A stretch of 64,000 nucleotides of DNA, taken from a virus. Positions 8,903-19,500 of this stretch are shown here, in pieces (position 1 is the stretch's first letter; every line of letters begins with the position of its first letter). The notes beneath the pieces are model-generated. The model searched no databases. It saw only the letters and a list, made by a program, of their open reading frames with translations, and was not told the origin of the DNA. The position numbers and the translations under genes are program-made. The stretch is from the IMG/VR virus record IMGVR_UViG_3300048911_000270, positions 1,064-65,063 of that record; one strand, written 5' to 3'.

Positions 8903-9817
8903 CTAGATACCCGTTATCACACGTCCTGCCTTCGGCTGGTCGAGGAAGATCGCCGACTGGCGGACGACGTTGCAGCGCCACGTCTCGTTCGTGGAGTTGT
9001 GCTCCAGCGGCGTGACGTCAAGGGCGCGCTCGTCGGCGATGCCGCCGATGGTGCCCGCCTCCAGGAGGATCGCGCTGTTGGTCGGCACGCGCCACGACTT
9101 GACGACGCGGAACTGACCGAAGAGCAGGCCCGGCAGGGACAGCTTGTCGGCGGACGCGGTGCGGTCCGAGCCGACGAAGTACTTGTTCATGTCCGAGTTG
9201 AGCGCCAGGTCCATCGCCCGCGCGTGGTGCAGGATCAGGGTGTTCGGCTCGAAGCCGAACTTGGCCACGCCGGTCTGGTTCGTGGTCTCCGCGTCGGCGA
9301 GCTGGATGGCCAGCATCGCGTTCGCCAGGGTCGAGCGGACGTCCGTGGCGGTCGCCCACGCGGTGCCGGAGGCGGTCGACGCGAGGCCCGCGATGGCCTG
9401 GGCCAGGAACGCGTCCTCCCAGGCGGCCTTCATCGAGTTCACGACCTGCGTGATCGACGTGTTGACCCTGTCCATGTCATTCCTGCGCCGCATCTCTTCG
9501 GTGAACTCGATACCGAAGGCCCGCTTGATGGTGCGCGCGGCCTTGCCGATGCCGAGGTTCGCCGTGATCAGCGGGATCTCGCCGCCTTCAGCGACCACCG
9601 AGGGGCCGCCGTTGGCGTAGAGCGGCGTGGACTCGTTGTACAGGACGACGCCGCTGGGGACGTCCTGTACCTTGCGTAACACCGTGTCGGTGATGAACTG
9701 CTGGTCGGCCAGGGAGAGGATCCTCTCCTTGATGACCGCCGGGCGCTTCAGCAGGGTGTTGACTGTGAGGCGGTAGCCGTCGTTGCTCGAAACGGTTCCG
9801 ACCGTGGTCTGAGGCAT
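8903..9817 (-). CDS. Major capsid protein (HK97 fold)
   Basis: 304 aa; VAEGGEIP...KRAFGIEFTEEMRRRN...; downstream of scaffold and decoration genes. Confidence 0.88.
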   Translation of the reverse strand: MPQTTVGTVSSNDGYRLTVNTLLKRPAVIKERILSLADQQFITDTVLRKVQDVPSGVVLYNESTPLYANGGPSVVAEGGEIPLITANLGIGKAARTIKRAFGIEFTEEMRRRNDMDRVNTSITQVVNSMKAAWEDAFLAQAIAGLASTASGTAWATATDVRSTLANAMLAIQLADAETTNQTGVAKFGFEPNTLILHHARAMDLALNSDMNKYFVGSDRTASADKLSLPGLLFGQFRVVKSWRVPTNSAILLEAGTIGGIADERALDVTPLEHNSTNETWRCNVVRQSAIFLDQPKAGRVITGI

Positions 9818-9849
9818 GTCTCAGTCGTCCTTTCTAGTTCTTCTCGGGA

Positions 9850-10311
9850 TCAGACGCCGAGACGGAGGTCGACCGGGCCGGTCGAGCCGTTGGAGATGGC
9901 GGCCTGCGCGATGCCGATGATCGCGGCCGGGGAGTCGGTGCCGGACACCCACGGAACGACGGTTCCGGCGGCCCCGGCCTTGAGGACGTCGAACGCGGCG
10001 ACGGCGCCTCCGGCGAGAAGGTTCCAGACACCGGCCTTGGAGACGGCGACGTAGTCGACCATCGTGGAGGTGTCGAAGGCCTTGCGGGTCACGCCCGTGC
10101 CGTAGGTGATGTCGTTGTCCGGGACGGAGGTACCGACCGCGTCGTCAGTCGCGACACCCGCGACCTTGAGCGAGGTGACGGCCGCTTCCTGGACCTTGGT
10201 GGTGCTGGACTCGGTGACGAACTCGACCAGGCGCCCGGCGCGGACGGCGCCGGAGCTGATGACCTGGAAGGTCTGCGGTGAACCGTGCTTGAAGACGGGG
10301 CTCACACCCAT
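9850..10311 (-). CDS. Capsid decoration/cement protein (DUF2190-like)
   Basis: 153 aa; GAVRAGRLV...AGVATDDA...GAVAAFDVLKAGAAG; between scaffold and capsid. Confidence 0.6.
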   Translation of the reverse strand: MGVSPVFKHGSPQTFQVISSGAVRAGRLVEFVTESSTTKVQEAAVTSLKVAGVATDDAVGTSVPDNDITYGTGVTRKAFDTSTMVDYVAVSKAGVWNLLAGGAVAAFDVLKAGAAGTVVPWVSGTDSPAAIIGIAQAAISNGSTGPVDLRLGV

Positions 10312-10347
10312 TGTTTTCTCCTTCGAGAGGTCTGCCGGGAGCCCCGG

Positions 10348-11946
10348 TCAGTAGTCGTACTGCTCGCCCCAGAGGGAGGCGAGCTTCTTGTCTTCCTGGG
10401 CCGCCAGGGCTTCGACGTCGTCGCGGTCCGGGGAGTAGCTGTGACCCCGTTCACGGGCGAGGTCGATGTAACCCGTGGCGGAGTCGAGGAGCTGCCGCAC
10501 AACGGCTGCTGCGTCCACGGTCTCGATGCCGCCGATCGCGTTGGAGAACTCCAACGTGGCTGCGGGTCCGGCCAGCAGGACCGGACGGGCCAGGTCGACC
10601 AGCGCGGCCGGGACGCCCTTGCGGACGTAGTCGGCCTTGAGGCTGTCGAACTGCTGCGCGGCGAGCTGGGACTGAAGGACAGCCACCTGGTTGGACAGGG
10701 CGACGACCTCGGGGCCCGCCTCGTTGGACAGGGAGACCGCTCCGGCTCCGACCAGCTCGCGGGATTCGGCCGGGGCCTCCTCCTGGACGGCTGCCGCCTG
10801 CTCTTCAGCGATGGCGGCGGCCTCTTCGGATCCGGCGGCCTGTGCGGCAGCGTCCTTGGCCTCGGCCTCGGCCCACAGCTTGGCCATCTCCTCGTCAGAG
10901 AAGCCTTCCAGGGAGTCGTCCTCCCCGAGCGTGGGGTCTTCGGTGCCCAGGCCGCTGTTGAAGTCGCCGGAGGCCAGGCGTTCGACCAGTTCGTCGTCCG
11001 TCGGCTCGGCCGTAACCTCGGCGACGGCCTCGGTCTCCTCGGAGACGGTCTCTTCGGCGGTGGCCTCGGTCTCGTCGGTGTTCTCCGCGCCGGTCTCGGT
11101 GTCGAGGCCCAGTTCGGCGGCCAGCTCGTCCAGTTCGGCGTCCGAGAGGGCTTCGACGGCGGCGGCGATGTCCTCCTCGGAGGGGATCCCGGCCTCTGCT
11201 TCGGCGTCGGCGAGGAAGTCGGCTTCACCCGGCTCTTCGATGAGTTCGTCGTCGTCCACCTCGGCGGTGGCGGTTTCGTCGGTGTCGAAGGCGGAGCCGA
11301 AGATTTCCAGCTCGTCGTCCGTCATTCCGAGGGCGTCCAGCGCTTCGGGGGTCATTCCGGCAGCCGTGGCCACCTGCTGTAAAAGGTCGGCACGTGTGGC
11401 CATGTGCTCCAACTCCTCGTAAGAGGTTGCGGACAGGTCGATCACGTTTTCCGCCGGACCTCCGTTGGACAGCGCCACCTCTTCCCAGGTGCCGAGTCCT
11501 GGAATGACCGGGTCTAACGTGCCCAGAACATGCTGAAGCGCCCGGGGGAAATGTTTCCCGTCCGAGCGCTGGTAGTTTTCGAGGATGCGGGCGGACACGC
11601 CTAACTTCGGGTTCTCGTCCAGAACCTTGGCTGCGTCCGGGGTGACCTGGAAGACGGCGTACAGGCCGTCTTCATCGACCTCTACTGACTTGACCTCGCC
11701 ACGGAACCGCTCGGGGTCGAGGGTGTGGGAGTTGTTGTCGGGGGCCATCATGAAGGCCACCTGGTCGTAGGCGCCCTGATGGAAGGAGTTCGCCAGGTCG
11801 GTGAGGTAGGCGTCATCGAAGCGGATTTTGCGGCCCTTGTAGTTGATCGTGGCCTTCGGGAGGATCCTCTTGCGATACACCTTCTGGGACAGCGCGATGG
11901 CGGCACCGTCGTCCTGAGGGGACAACAGTAATTCGCTCTCGGGCAT
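10348..11946 (-). CDS. Capsid maturation protease (Mu gpI-like) fused to an acidic scaffold
   Basis: N-terminal ~170 aa SHTLDPERFRGEV...LGVSARI...HVLGTLDPVIPGL, followed by a very Glu/Ala-rich region. Confidence 0.8.
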   Translation of the reverse strand: MPESELLLSPQDDGAAIALSQKVYRKRILPKATINYKGRKIRFDDAYLTDLANSFHQGAYDQVAFMMAPDNNSHTLDPERFRGEVKSVEVDEDGLYAVFQVTPDAAKVLDENPKLGVSARILENYQRSDGKHFPRALQHVLGTLDPVIPGLGTWEEVALSNGGPAENVIDLSATSYEELEHMATRADLLQQVATAAGMTPEALDALGMTDDELEIFGSAFDTDETATAEVDDDELIEEPGEADFLADAEAEAGIPSEEDIAAAVEALSDAELDELAAELGLDTETGAENTDETEATAEETVSEETEAVAEVTAEPTDDELVERLASGDFNSGLGTEDPTLGEDDSLEGFSDEEMAKLWAEAEAKDAAAQAAGSEEAAAIAEEQAAAVQEEAPAESRELVGAGAVSLSNEAGPEVVALSNQVAVLQSQLAAQQFDSLKADYVRKGVPAALVDLARPVLLAGPAATLEFSNAIGGIETVDAAAVVRQLLDSATGYIDLARERGHSYSPDRDDVEALAAQEDKKLASLWGEQYDY

Positions 11947-12093
11947 CCCGTTACCTCACTTCACTTTCGACTGCGCATCATCTTAACTGACTAGTCCCAG
12001 TATTGGCTATCATGCGCCCTTGAATCAAGCAATACCAGGATGAGCTGGGCATGCTTTTTACGGGCTATTTCCGCGGGCTATTTCAGTGGGCCT

Positions 12094-13902
12094 TTATCGG
12101 CGTTCCAGGGAAATCCAACTGCCTGCGCCCAGCGTCGCCGTCTGCCCTGCGGTTCCCGAGGCGAACGTGACCGTCAGGTTCCCGGCCGTTCCGGTAGTGA
12201 TCAAGGACCCCGTGAGCATCGCCGTCTTGTTGGCGCCGGACCCGGACCATGTGTCGATCGAGGAGATGAGCGGGAAGCTCGTCGCCACCGAGTCGCCCCA
12301 GATCATCGTGGCGCCGGACGGCCCCGTGAAGCCGTGGGTGAAGGACACACCCGCCGGGGACTGGATGACCAGGCAGCCGCGCAGCAGGTACGTGGTGTTC
12401 GCCTCCACGGCGATGACGAGCTGCGTGGAGGCGGTCTGCGCGGTCACGGTGACGTTCTGGGCCGTGGACGCCAGCGCGGACAGGGTGTTCTGGATCACGA
12501 TGATCGCGCCGTTGGCCTGGCGCACCTTCAGGGTGTTGTTCTCGCAGTACATGACGGCGGCATTGGGGTTGGCGTTGGGGACCGTGGTGGCGTTCGTGAA
12601 CGCGATCAGTGCGCCGTTGCCTCCGCCGAACGATCCGGACGACCCCATGCGCAGGTTCGCCAACTGGCTGGTTCCGGAGGCCGTGAACGACGTGCCGGTG
12701 AAAGTCGTGCCCGTGAGGCCGCCGGTCAGGGTGCCGCCTGAGAGCTGGAGGTAGCGGGCGTCGCCCAGCGTCTGGGTCAGATAGCGGGCGTCGTTCGGGT
12801 CACCCGTGGTGCCACCGCCGATGTTGCCCCGGACCAGGCTGCCCGCGCCTGCGAGTTCCAGCGGGCCCTGCGCCAGGGTGCCGGAGACGATCAGGGTGTT
12901 GCCCTGGATGTTGTTGCTGCCGGTTCCTCCGGTGCTCTCCTCGCGGATGAGGGAGCGCCCGGCGCCGTTGGTCGGGGCCGAGCGGATGGTGTTGCCCTGG
13001 ACGACGTTGTTGATCGCACCGGACTCCAGGCGGATGCCGGAGGCGGTTCCGGCCGTGCCGAGGGCGCCGACGCCGAAGATCGTGTTGGAGGTGGCAGTGC
13101 AGTTGGGGGCGGCGATGAAGACGGCGTCCCCTCCGAGGCTGTCGAAGGTGCAGCCCAGGAGCTGTGTGCTGCCGACGGTCTGGATGCGGATGCCCTTGGC
13201 GGCGTTGGTGCCGCCGCCTACGAAGTTGCATTCCGAGACGGTCTGGAAACCGGCCAGGTCCAGGATGTGCACGGCGGTTCCGGTGCCGGTGCCGCCGGAG
13301 CCTCCGAGGGTTTCGAAGTCGCAGCCGATGATCTGGTTCTCGGTGCTGGACGACATGGTCAGGCCGCGTCCCGGGCCGGTCGAGCCGGTGGAGTTGTCGA
13401 AGAGGCAGCCGATGACGCGGTTGTTGTGGCCGAAGCTGCCGCCGGACATGCCGCCGAGGTACAGGGCGTCGTCGCGGCAGGCGGTGAAGTGGACGTTGTC
13501 GAACCGGCAGGCGATGGCTCCCAGGGCGTTGATGCCGCCGGAGCTGCCGAGGGTTCCCTGCGAGAGGCAGTTGCCGTCGATCGTCAGGTCCCGCATGGTA
13601 ATCCGGGTGTCGGCCCCGGTCATCTGGAAGATGTAGCAGTTCTTGTTGGCCTTGAGCTGAATGCGGGTGCCCCATCCGGCGCCGAAGATGCTCAGGCCCT
13701 CCCCGGCCGGGATGCTGATCGTGGAGGAGACCGCGTACGTACCGGCGGGTAAGTAGACGGAGGTGTGCGCGGAGGACGCGTCGTTGATCGCGGCCTGGAG
13801 TGCGGCCGTGTCGTCGGCCACCCCGTCGCCGATCGCTCCGTATGCGGGGCTCTTGACGTTGATGCCAGCGGACGCCCAGGGGCCCTCGATCATGTAAGCC
13901 AT
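12094..13902 (-). CDS. Tailspike/depolymerase-like right-handed beta-helix protein (pectate lyase 3-like)
   Basis: NVKSPAYGAIGDGVADDTAALQAAIN...VYLPAGTY followed by Gly/Asn/Thr-rich beta-helix repeats; start taken as ATG 13902. Confidence 0.8.
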   Translation of the reverse strand: MAYMIEGPWASAGINVKSPAYGAIGDGVADDTAALQAAINDASSAHTSVYLPAGTYAVSSTISIPAGEGLSIFGAGWGTRIQLKANKNCYIFQMTGADTRITMRDLTIDGNCLSQGTLGSSGGINALGAIACRFDNVHFTACRDDALYLGGMSGGSFGHNNRVIGCLFDNSTGSTGPGRGLTMSSSTENQIIGCDFETLGGSGGTGTGTAVHILDLAGFQTVSECNFVGGGTNAAKGIRIQTVGSTQLLGCTFDSLGGDAVFIAAPNCTATSNTIFGVGALGTAGTASGIRLESGAINNVVQGNTIRSAPTNGAGRSLIREESTGGTGSNNIQGNTLIVSGTLAQGPLELAGAGSLVRGNIGGGTTGDPNDARYLTQTLGDARYLQLSGGTLTGGLTGTTFTGTSFTASGTSQLANLRMGSSGSFGGGNGALIAFTNATTVPNANPNAAVMYCENNTLKVRQANGAIIVIQNTLSALASTAQNVTVTAQTASTQLVIAVEANTTYLLRGCLVIQSPAGVSFTHGFTGPSGATMIWGDSVATSFPLISSIDTWSGSGANKTAMLTGSLITTGTAGNLTVTFASGTAGQTATLGAGSWISLERR

Positions 13903-14086
13903 CAGGCACCCCGCCCGGGTAAGTCGCTTGGCATCCCGTTTACCCCCACTAGATAGATCCATCTCATGTTACGGGTTCAATGCCCGATTTCCTACGCCTG
14001 GAAGGCTTCCCTCCAGCTTCTTGCAGCGTTGCTTGCAGTGCTGGCTGTAGAGGGCTCGGGCAGGGGTCGGCAGCCGTCCACGAGGC

Positions 14087-14360
14087 GGTTACCCCATTCT
14101 GAAAGATGAGGTCGCCCCCTCCCCCGGGCGTGTGCGCGCGTACACGTACATGGATCACATCTCAAAACAGGGTAACGAGGTAACTCACATGCATTTACGC
14201 AGGTCAGAGCACATATTTGGGTTACTTTTTACGAGGTAACTTAGGGGTAACTAGAGGGTAACCAGGGCTGTTCCATGATCAACTAGCCAAGACTTTGTCC
14301 TGACATTTGAGCGACCAAGATCAAGTTACTTCCCTGGTTACCCCGCCGAAGTAACCGTGG
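14087..14360. other. Origin-like iteron element, copy A
   Basis: Ten GTAAC/GTTAC repeats, AT-rich patches and CGCAGGTCAGAG; homologous to 47515-47792. Confidence 0.6.
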
Positions 14361-14456
14361 ACACCTTGTGATCACGTGTTAGGGTGTGCCCCTGAAACGT
14401 AAGAACCCCCGACCGGCGGTCACCAGTCGGGGGGCTACTGAGAGGGCAAGCTCTCT

Positions 14457-16253
14457 ATGACGGAGAATATCTCCCCTACCACCCCGGCAGCAACCACCCT
14501 CGCCGCCACCCCGGTTACGAAAGCCACCCTCGACACGGGCTGGCTGATGACCCGGGACAACGTCGTCCACGTGATCACGCGTGGACGCGACCCCCAGGAC
14601 TCCTCCCAGTACATCCTGGACGAAGAACCCTACGGTGATTTCGACATCGTGGCACTCGGCATCATCGCCGACGACAAGACCGAGCGCCGGGCCTGGGACG
14701 TCGTGATCGTCCGGCAGAGCGACGGCAAGGAGCTGCGCCGCATCCTGGACGAGAAAACCCTCGCGGACAGCAAGAGGCTGACGCTGTGGCTGACCTCGGC
14801 CGGAGTCTCCGTGATGTGCCCCGACGGCGCGCTCGGCGGCGGTGTTGCCCAGGGCGTGCGCCTGCTGCGCTACATCAACGCGCAGAAGCCGCCGGAGGCC
14901 ACGATCGTGGACCAGGTGGGCTACCACCCCGACCTGAACGTTTTCGTGGCCCACGAGGGCGTCCTGCGCCCGGGAGACACCGCGTTCGACCCCAAGGCGC
15001 CCTACCGTCCCTCTGCGCAGCTCTCCACGTCCGGGGACGCCCCCTTCGCCTACGGGTTCGCGCCGAAGGGTCTGGAGGAGGTCCGGGACGTGCTGGCGCA
15101 GGTGCTGACGTTCCATGACGAAACGCCCCTGGCGGTCGCTGCGTCGTGGATGGTGATGTCCCTGGTGCAGTCCGCGATCATCCAGCACACGTCGCATTTT
15201 CCCGTGATGGCCATCGAGGCGCCGTCGGGGTCGGGCAAGACCACGGGTGCCCTGTCGATGCTCCGGCAGTTGCTCACGGGCAACACCTCCGGGCCCTCCC
15301 AGGGAACGATCCCCGACGTCCGCCAGAAGATCGCGTCCACCCGGTCCGGATTCGTCCACATTGACGACCTGGACGACCCGAAAGCCGTGTTCGAGATGCT
15401 GCGGCTGTCGACGGCCGACGGCACCAAGATGATGCGCTCGCACGCCTCGGGGTTCATGGCCTCCCAGCACTCCCAGCTCACCGGAACGATTCTGCTGACC
15501 GGCGAGTACCTGGGCCTGCGGTCCCAGAAGGCGCTGGTGGACCGGATTCTGATGCTGGAGCTGACGGACCCCACCAACCGCAAGTCCCAGATCCCCGGCC
15601 GGGAGCACATCTCCCAGTGGGCCGACGTGACGGCCCTGTCCCGCCGCTACCCGGGCACGGTCGTTGCGGAGATCCTGCGCTGGCTGGACGACATCGAAGC
15701 GCTGCTGGACGAGGTCAAGCCGTGCCCGGGACGTCTGGGTGACAAGTACGCGACGGTGCTGGCCGGGGCCTGCTTCGTGGATCACCTGCTCGGCGACTCC
15801 AAGGCGTGGATCAAAAAGGGTGATACGTACGCGCAGGTGATGGCCTGGGTCGAAGAGGACATGCAGTTCGCGAACTCCTGGGACAACGCCCTGACGACCG
15901 AAATCCTCCCCTGGGCCCTGCACGAGTACGGCGGCTGGGCCGGGGTGGACATCAACGCCTACGAACCGGTCAAGATCTCCGGCAAGACCTTCGTCACCGC
16001 GCCCGGCTTCTACAAGGAGGACGGGGACAACGGGGAGGGCATCTTCATTCACCCGCGCACCCTCGCCGACGCCTGGCGGGCCTACGTCGGTCACAAGGCC
16101 GAGGACCGTGTCCACTCGTCCGCCGCCATCGTCGCGCAGGCCAAGATCGCCGGGTTCGTGGAGAAGGTCATCAAGGTCCCCGGCGGCAAGTCCGTCAAGG
16201 GCTGGATCCTCCACGGCGACAAGGTGGAGATCATCCGCCAGCGCGCAAGCTGA
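14457..16253 (+). CDS. Replication helicase/ATPase (primase-associated type)
   Basis: 598 aa; Walker A APSGSGKTT, Walker B FVHIDD; adjacent to the iteron element. Confidence 0.65.
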   Translation: MTENISPTTPAATTLAATPVTKATLDTGWLMTRDNVVHVITRGRDPQDSSQYILDEEPYGDFDIVALGIIADDKTERRAWDVVIVRQSDGKELRRILDEKTLADSKRLTLWLTSAGVSVMCPDGALGGGVAQGVRLLRYINAQKPPEATIVDQVGYHPDLNVFVAHEGVLRPGDTAFDPKAPYRPSAQLSTSGDAPFAYGFAPKGLEEVRDVLAQVLTFHDETPLAVAASWMVMSLVQSAIIQHTSHFPVMAIEAPSGSGKTTGALSMLRQLLTGNTSGPSQGTIPDVRQKIASTRSGFVHIDDLDDPKAVFEMLRLSTADGTKMMRSHASGFMASQHSQLTGTILLTGEYLGLRSQKALVDRILMLELTDPTNRKSQIPGREHISQWADVTALSRRYPGTVVAEILRWLDDIEALLDEVKPCPGRLGDKYATVLAGACFVDHLLGDSKAWIKKGDTYAQVMAWVEEDMQFANSWDNALTTEILPWALHEYGGWAGVDINAYEPVKISGKTFVTAPGFYKEDGDNGEGIFIHPRTLADAWRAYVGHKAEDRVHSSAAIVAQAKIAGFVEKVIKVPGGKSVKGWILHGDKVEIIRQRAS

Positions 16254-16266
16254 CCCCGAGAACGCG

Positions 16267-16298
16267 AGACCCCCGCCGGACGTATCCGGCGGGGGTCT
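16267..16298. terminator. Bidirectional terminator between convergent genes
   Basis: AGACCCCCGCCGGA-cgta-TCCGGCGGGGGTCT. Confidence 0.7.
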
Positions 16299-16310
16299 TC
16301 TGCTGCAAGG

Positions 16311-16532
16311 TCAGGAAGCGGGGTTCCGCTTCGCCAGCCGCTCGCGGACCGCCTTCTTCACCATGTCCGTGCGGCCCCGGCGCTGACGGGCCTCCTGCTC
16401 CCGGGCGAACGCCGCACGCTCCTCGGCGGTCACCGCCACCGGGATCACCTGCATCTGCATGCGCTCCTGGACCTGGGCGATGTGCTCGTCCAGCCCTGCC
16501 TGGTCGTTGTCGTTGCTCTCGGGACCGCTCAT
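16311..16532 (-). CDS. Small ribbon-helix-helix-like protein
   Basis: VIPVAVTAEERAAF...RTDMVKKAVRERL pattern resembling CopG/Arc. Confidence 0.45.
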   Translation of the reverse strand: MSGPESNDNDQAGLDEHIAQVQERMQMQVIPVAVTAEERAAFAREQEARQRRGRTDMVKKAVRERLAKRNPAS

Positions 16533-16583
16533 GAACCGTCTCCTAGTAGTTCCTGCCAGTGTAGAACCGCTTGCCTGTTCGGA

Positions 16584-19500
16584 CTAATCCCATTCGTCGG
16601 TGGGGACGATCTCCACGACGATGTAGCGCTTGCCGCTGTACGGCTTGGTTCCGTCCGGCGGGGACGCCTGGTCCGAGACCACCCGGTACTTGGTGCCGCG
16701 CGGCAGCAGGATCTCCTGCTCGTGGGAGAACTTGGATCCCGTCGCGTAGTTGGCGTCGATGACCTTGTGCCCCTTGGGGATGCGGACTTCCATCCACACG
16801 TTGCCGCTGAAGGCGTTCTTGTCCTTGGCCGTCGAACCGTACGCCAGGTCCTGGTAGACGTTGCCGGGGTCCATCGGCGGCGGGAAGTCCGGGAACTGGC
16901 CGTTGGTGCCCATCTTGCGGACCGTGACGAGGTCGTGGGCCAGCGGCGGCGCCTGCCGGAACGCGTCGTCCATGTGCTTGATGGTGTCGTCCCAGTCACC
17001 GCCCGTGGCCCCGACCGGCGGCGTGATCATGGTGCCGTCGTAGTCGAAGTGGCCGCGAAGCTGACCGTTGATCTCCGAGTGCTCGTGACCCGTGTACGTG
17101 TACACGGCGGACGACGCCTTGCCCTTGGGCTTCCAGCCGTTGCCGATGTCCACACCGTTGGTCGCGGCCGTGTACCCGGCGGCGTGTGCCCCGGCGAACT
17201 GCGTCTTGGTGTGCGCCAGGACCGCGTCTTCGTCGCCCGCCTCGGCGGCCGTCATCCCCTTGGGGACCGCCTTGGCCGGGTCGAAGGACGCCGGATCGAA
17301 CGGCGAGCTGTAGTGCGCGTCCCAGTCCTTCTTCGCCTGCTTGTACAGGGCGATCTGCGCCGGGGTCGCGTTCGGGCCGTGGGCCTGGTCGTACAGCTTC
17401 TTCAGCAGTACCGCGTTCGCCTTCTTGGTGATACCCAGGCCGGTGTACTTGACCTCCGGAGCCGTCACCACGTCGGGCGAAAGACCCTGGCTCTTGAGGT
17501 ACGTCTTCGGCGAGTTCTGGGCCTGCGCGATGTCCAGCGTGGACGCGCCCGCCTTCTCGGCGGCTTCCTTGAGGTCGATGGACTTGTCATAGTCCCAGTG
17601 GTCACTGTTCTGCGGCAGGTTGTGCTCGGCCAGGGCCTTGAGCGCCGCCTGCTTGGCGGAGAGCGAACCGGTACCGGACGGTGCCGCCGCAGCCGCAGCC
17701 GTCGCCGGGTTGTTCTGCTTGTCCAGTTCGGCCTGGGCCTCGGTGTTCCAGTGCTTGTTGATGACGCCCTGCTTGAAGTCAGCGAACGCCTGCGGGTTCT
17801 CGTTCTTCCACTTGGCGAACTCCTCCTTCGTGAAGTTCTTGCCGCCGTAGTTCTTGGCCATCCACTCGGCGGCGAGCTTGGCCTCCTTCTGCGTCTTGAA
17901 CTTGTGCGAGCCCATCTTCATGCCGTCGGCCTGCGTCACCGACCAGCCGGAGCCACCGAGGGCCTTGTGGACCACGAGGTTCTTGGGACCGGCCACGCCC
18001 TGGGACATGTGCGTGTTGCCGTCGGCGTCCTTGACCCCGTGCTCCACCTTGGACCACTTGGCCTTCGGCTTGAACGGGTCCGTCTTCGGGCCGGACGGGG
18101 CCGCCGGAGCCGACGCGTCCGCCTCAGGGGCCTTCTTCTCCGCCGGAGCAGCCGCGCTCTCCTTGGCCTTCAGCGCCTTCAGCGTCTCGTCCGACTTGTA
18201 GTACGCCGCGTGGATCTCGTCGGGGGTGGCCCCGGCGTTGATGGCGGCGTTCTCCAGCTTCTCGGACGTCTGGTGGTTCCAGTCGGCGGTGTTGTCGTCG
18301 TGCTCGTGCGCGGCGAGCGCCTTGAGCGCCTTCTCCTTCTCCGACAGGCCCTGGGGCGCCGGAGTAGGTGCAGAGGACTTGGAGACCTTGTCCAGGAACG
18401 CCTTCGGGTTCTGGATGGCGGCGATGACTTCCTTGGGGTCCGCGCCCAGGTCGATGGCCTTCTGCTTCAGGGTCGTGTATTCGCCGGGCTCCCACTCTTC
18501 CCCGGAGGCCATCTTCTCGGCCATGGTCTTGATCACGGCGTCCTTCGCCGACAGACCGGAGTCCTTCGCAGAAGGCGACGGGGCCGAGGGGCTGTTGGCG
18601 AGGAAGGCGTCCGGGTCCTTGACCACGGAGGTGATTTCCGCCTTCGTGGCGCCCGCCGCGAGAGCCTTCGACTTTGCGACCTTGTAGTCGGTCTCGTTCC
18701 AGTCGTTGTCATCGATCTTCATCATCTCGGCGATGGCCTTGAGCGCGGCGTCCTTCTCCGCCGAACCGCCGGAACCGGCCTCCGGGGCATCGGCAGCCTT
18801 GGCCGCCTTCTGCGCCGGAGCAGCGCCCTGCTTGCCCTTGTCGGGCAGGTCGTCGTAGAGCTTCTGGAAGTCCTTGCCCAGGCTGTTCTTGTGGGCAACG
18901 ATCTTGTCGAGGAACTTCTCCTCGGTGTCGACGCCGCCCGGGAACTTGTGGCCGCTCGCGAGGGCCTGCTTGGCGTACGGGGCGAAGAGCCGCTTGAACT
19001 CCTCGTCCGGCATGTCCTGGATTGCCTTGATCGTTTTGGCGAACTCGTTGTCCCCGGACGGGTCCGGGAGCTGGATCTTGCCTTCCTTGGCAGCCTGCCA
19101 CAGGGCGGGGTACACGGCCGAGTGCGCGTTCGGGCCGTACGTGGTCAGCGGGTCGCCCTTGGACTTGCCGCCGTCGCCCTTGTACGGGTCGCCGTTGGAG
19201 GCGCCCACGGTGTACTTGAACGCCTGGCCCTGGTCGATCGACATGAGGCCGGTCGACGGGGACTTGATCCACTGGCCGTTGTGGGAGTCCTGGTTGCCGG
19301 TGGCGTAGTCCAGCACCTGGTGCTGGAGCATCTTCATGATGTCCTCGGGGGGCATCTTCGCGGCCATGTCGGCGTTGAACTTGTAGCCCGGGAACGCGTC
19401 CTCGGCGCCGGGGATCATGCCCTGGAGGTGACCGTCCTTGGTCTTCACGAACACCGGGGTCGGCAGGCCGACCTTGCGGTGCAGCGCGGCGACGGCGGGG

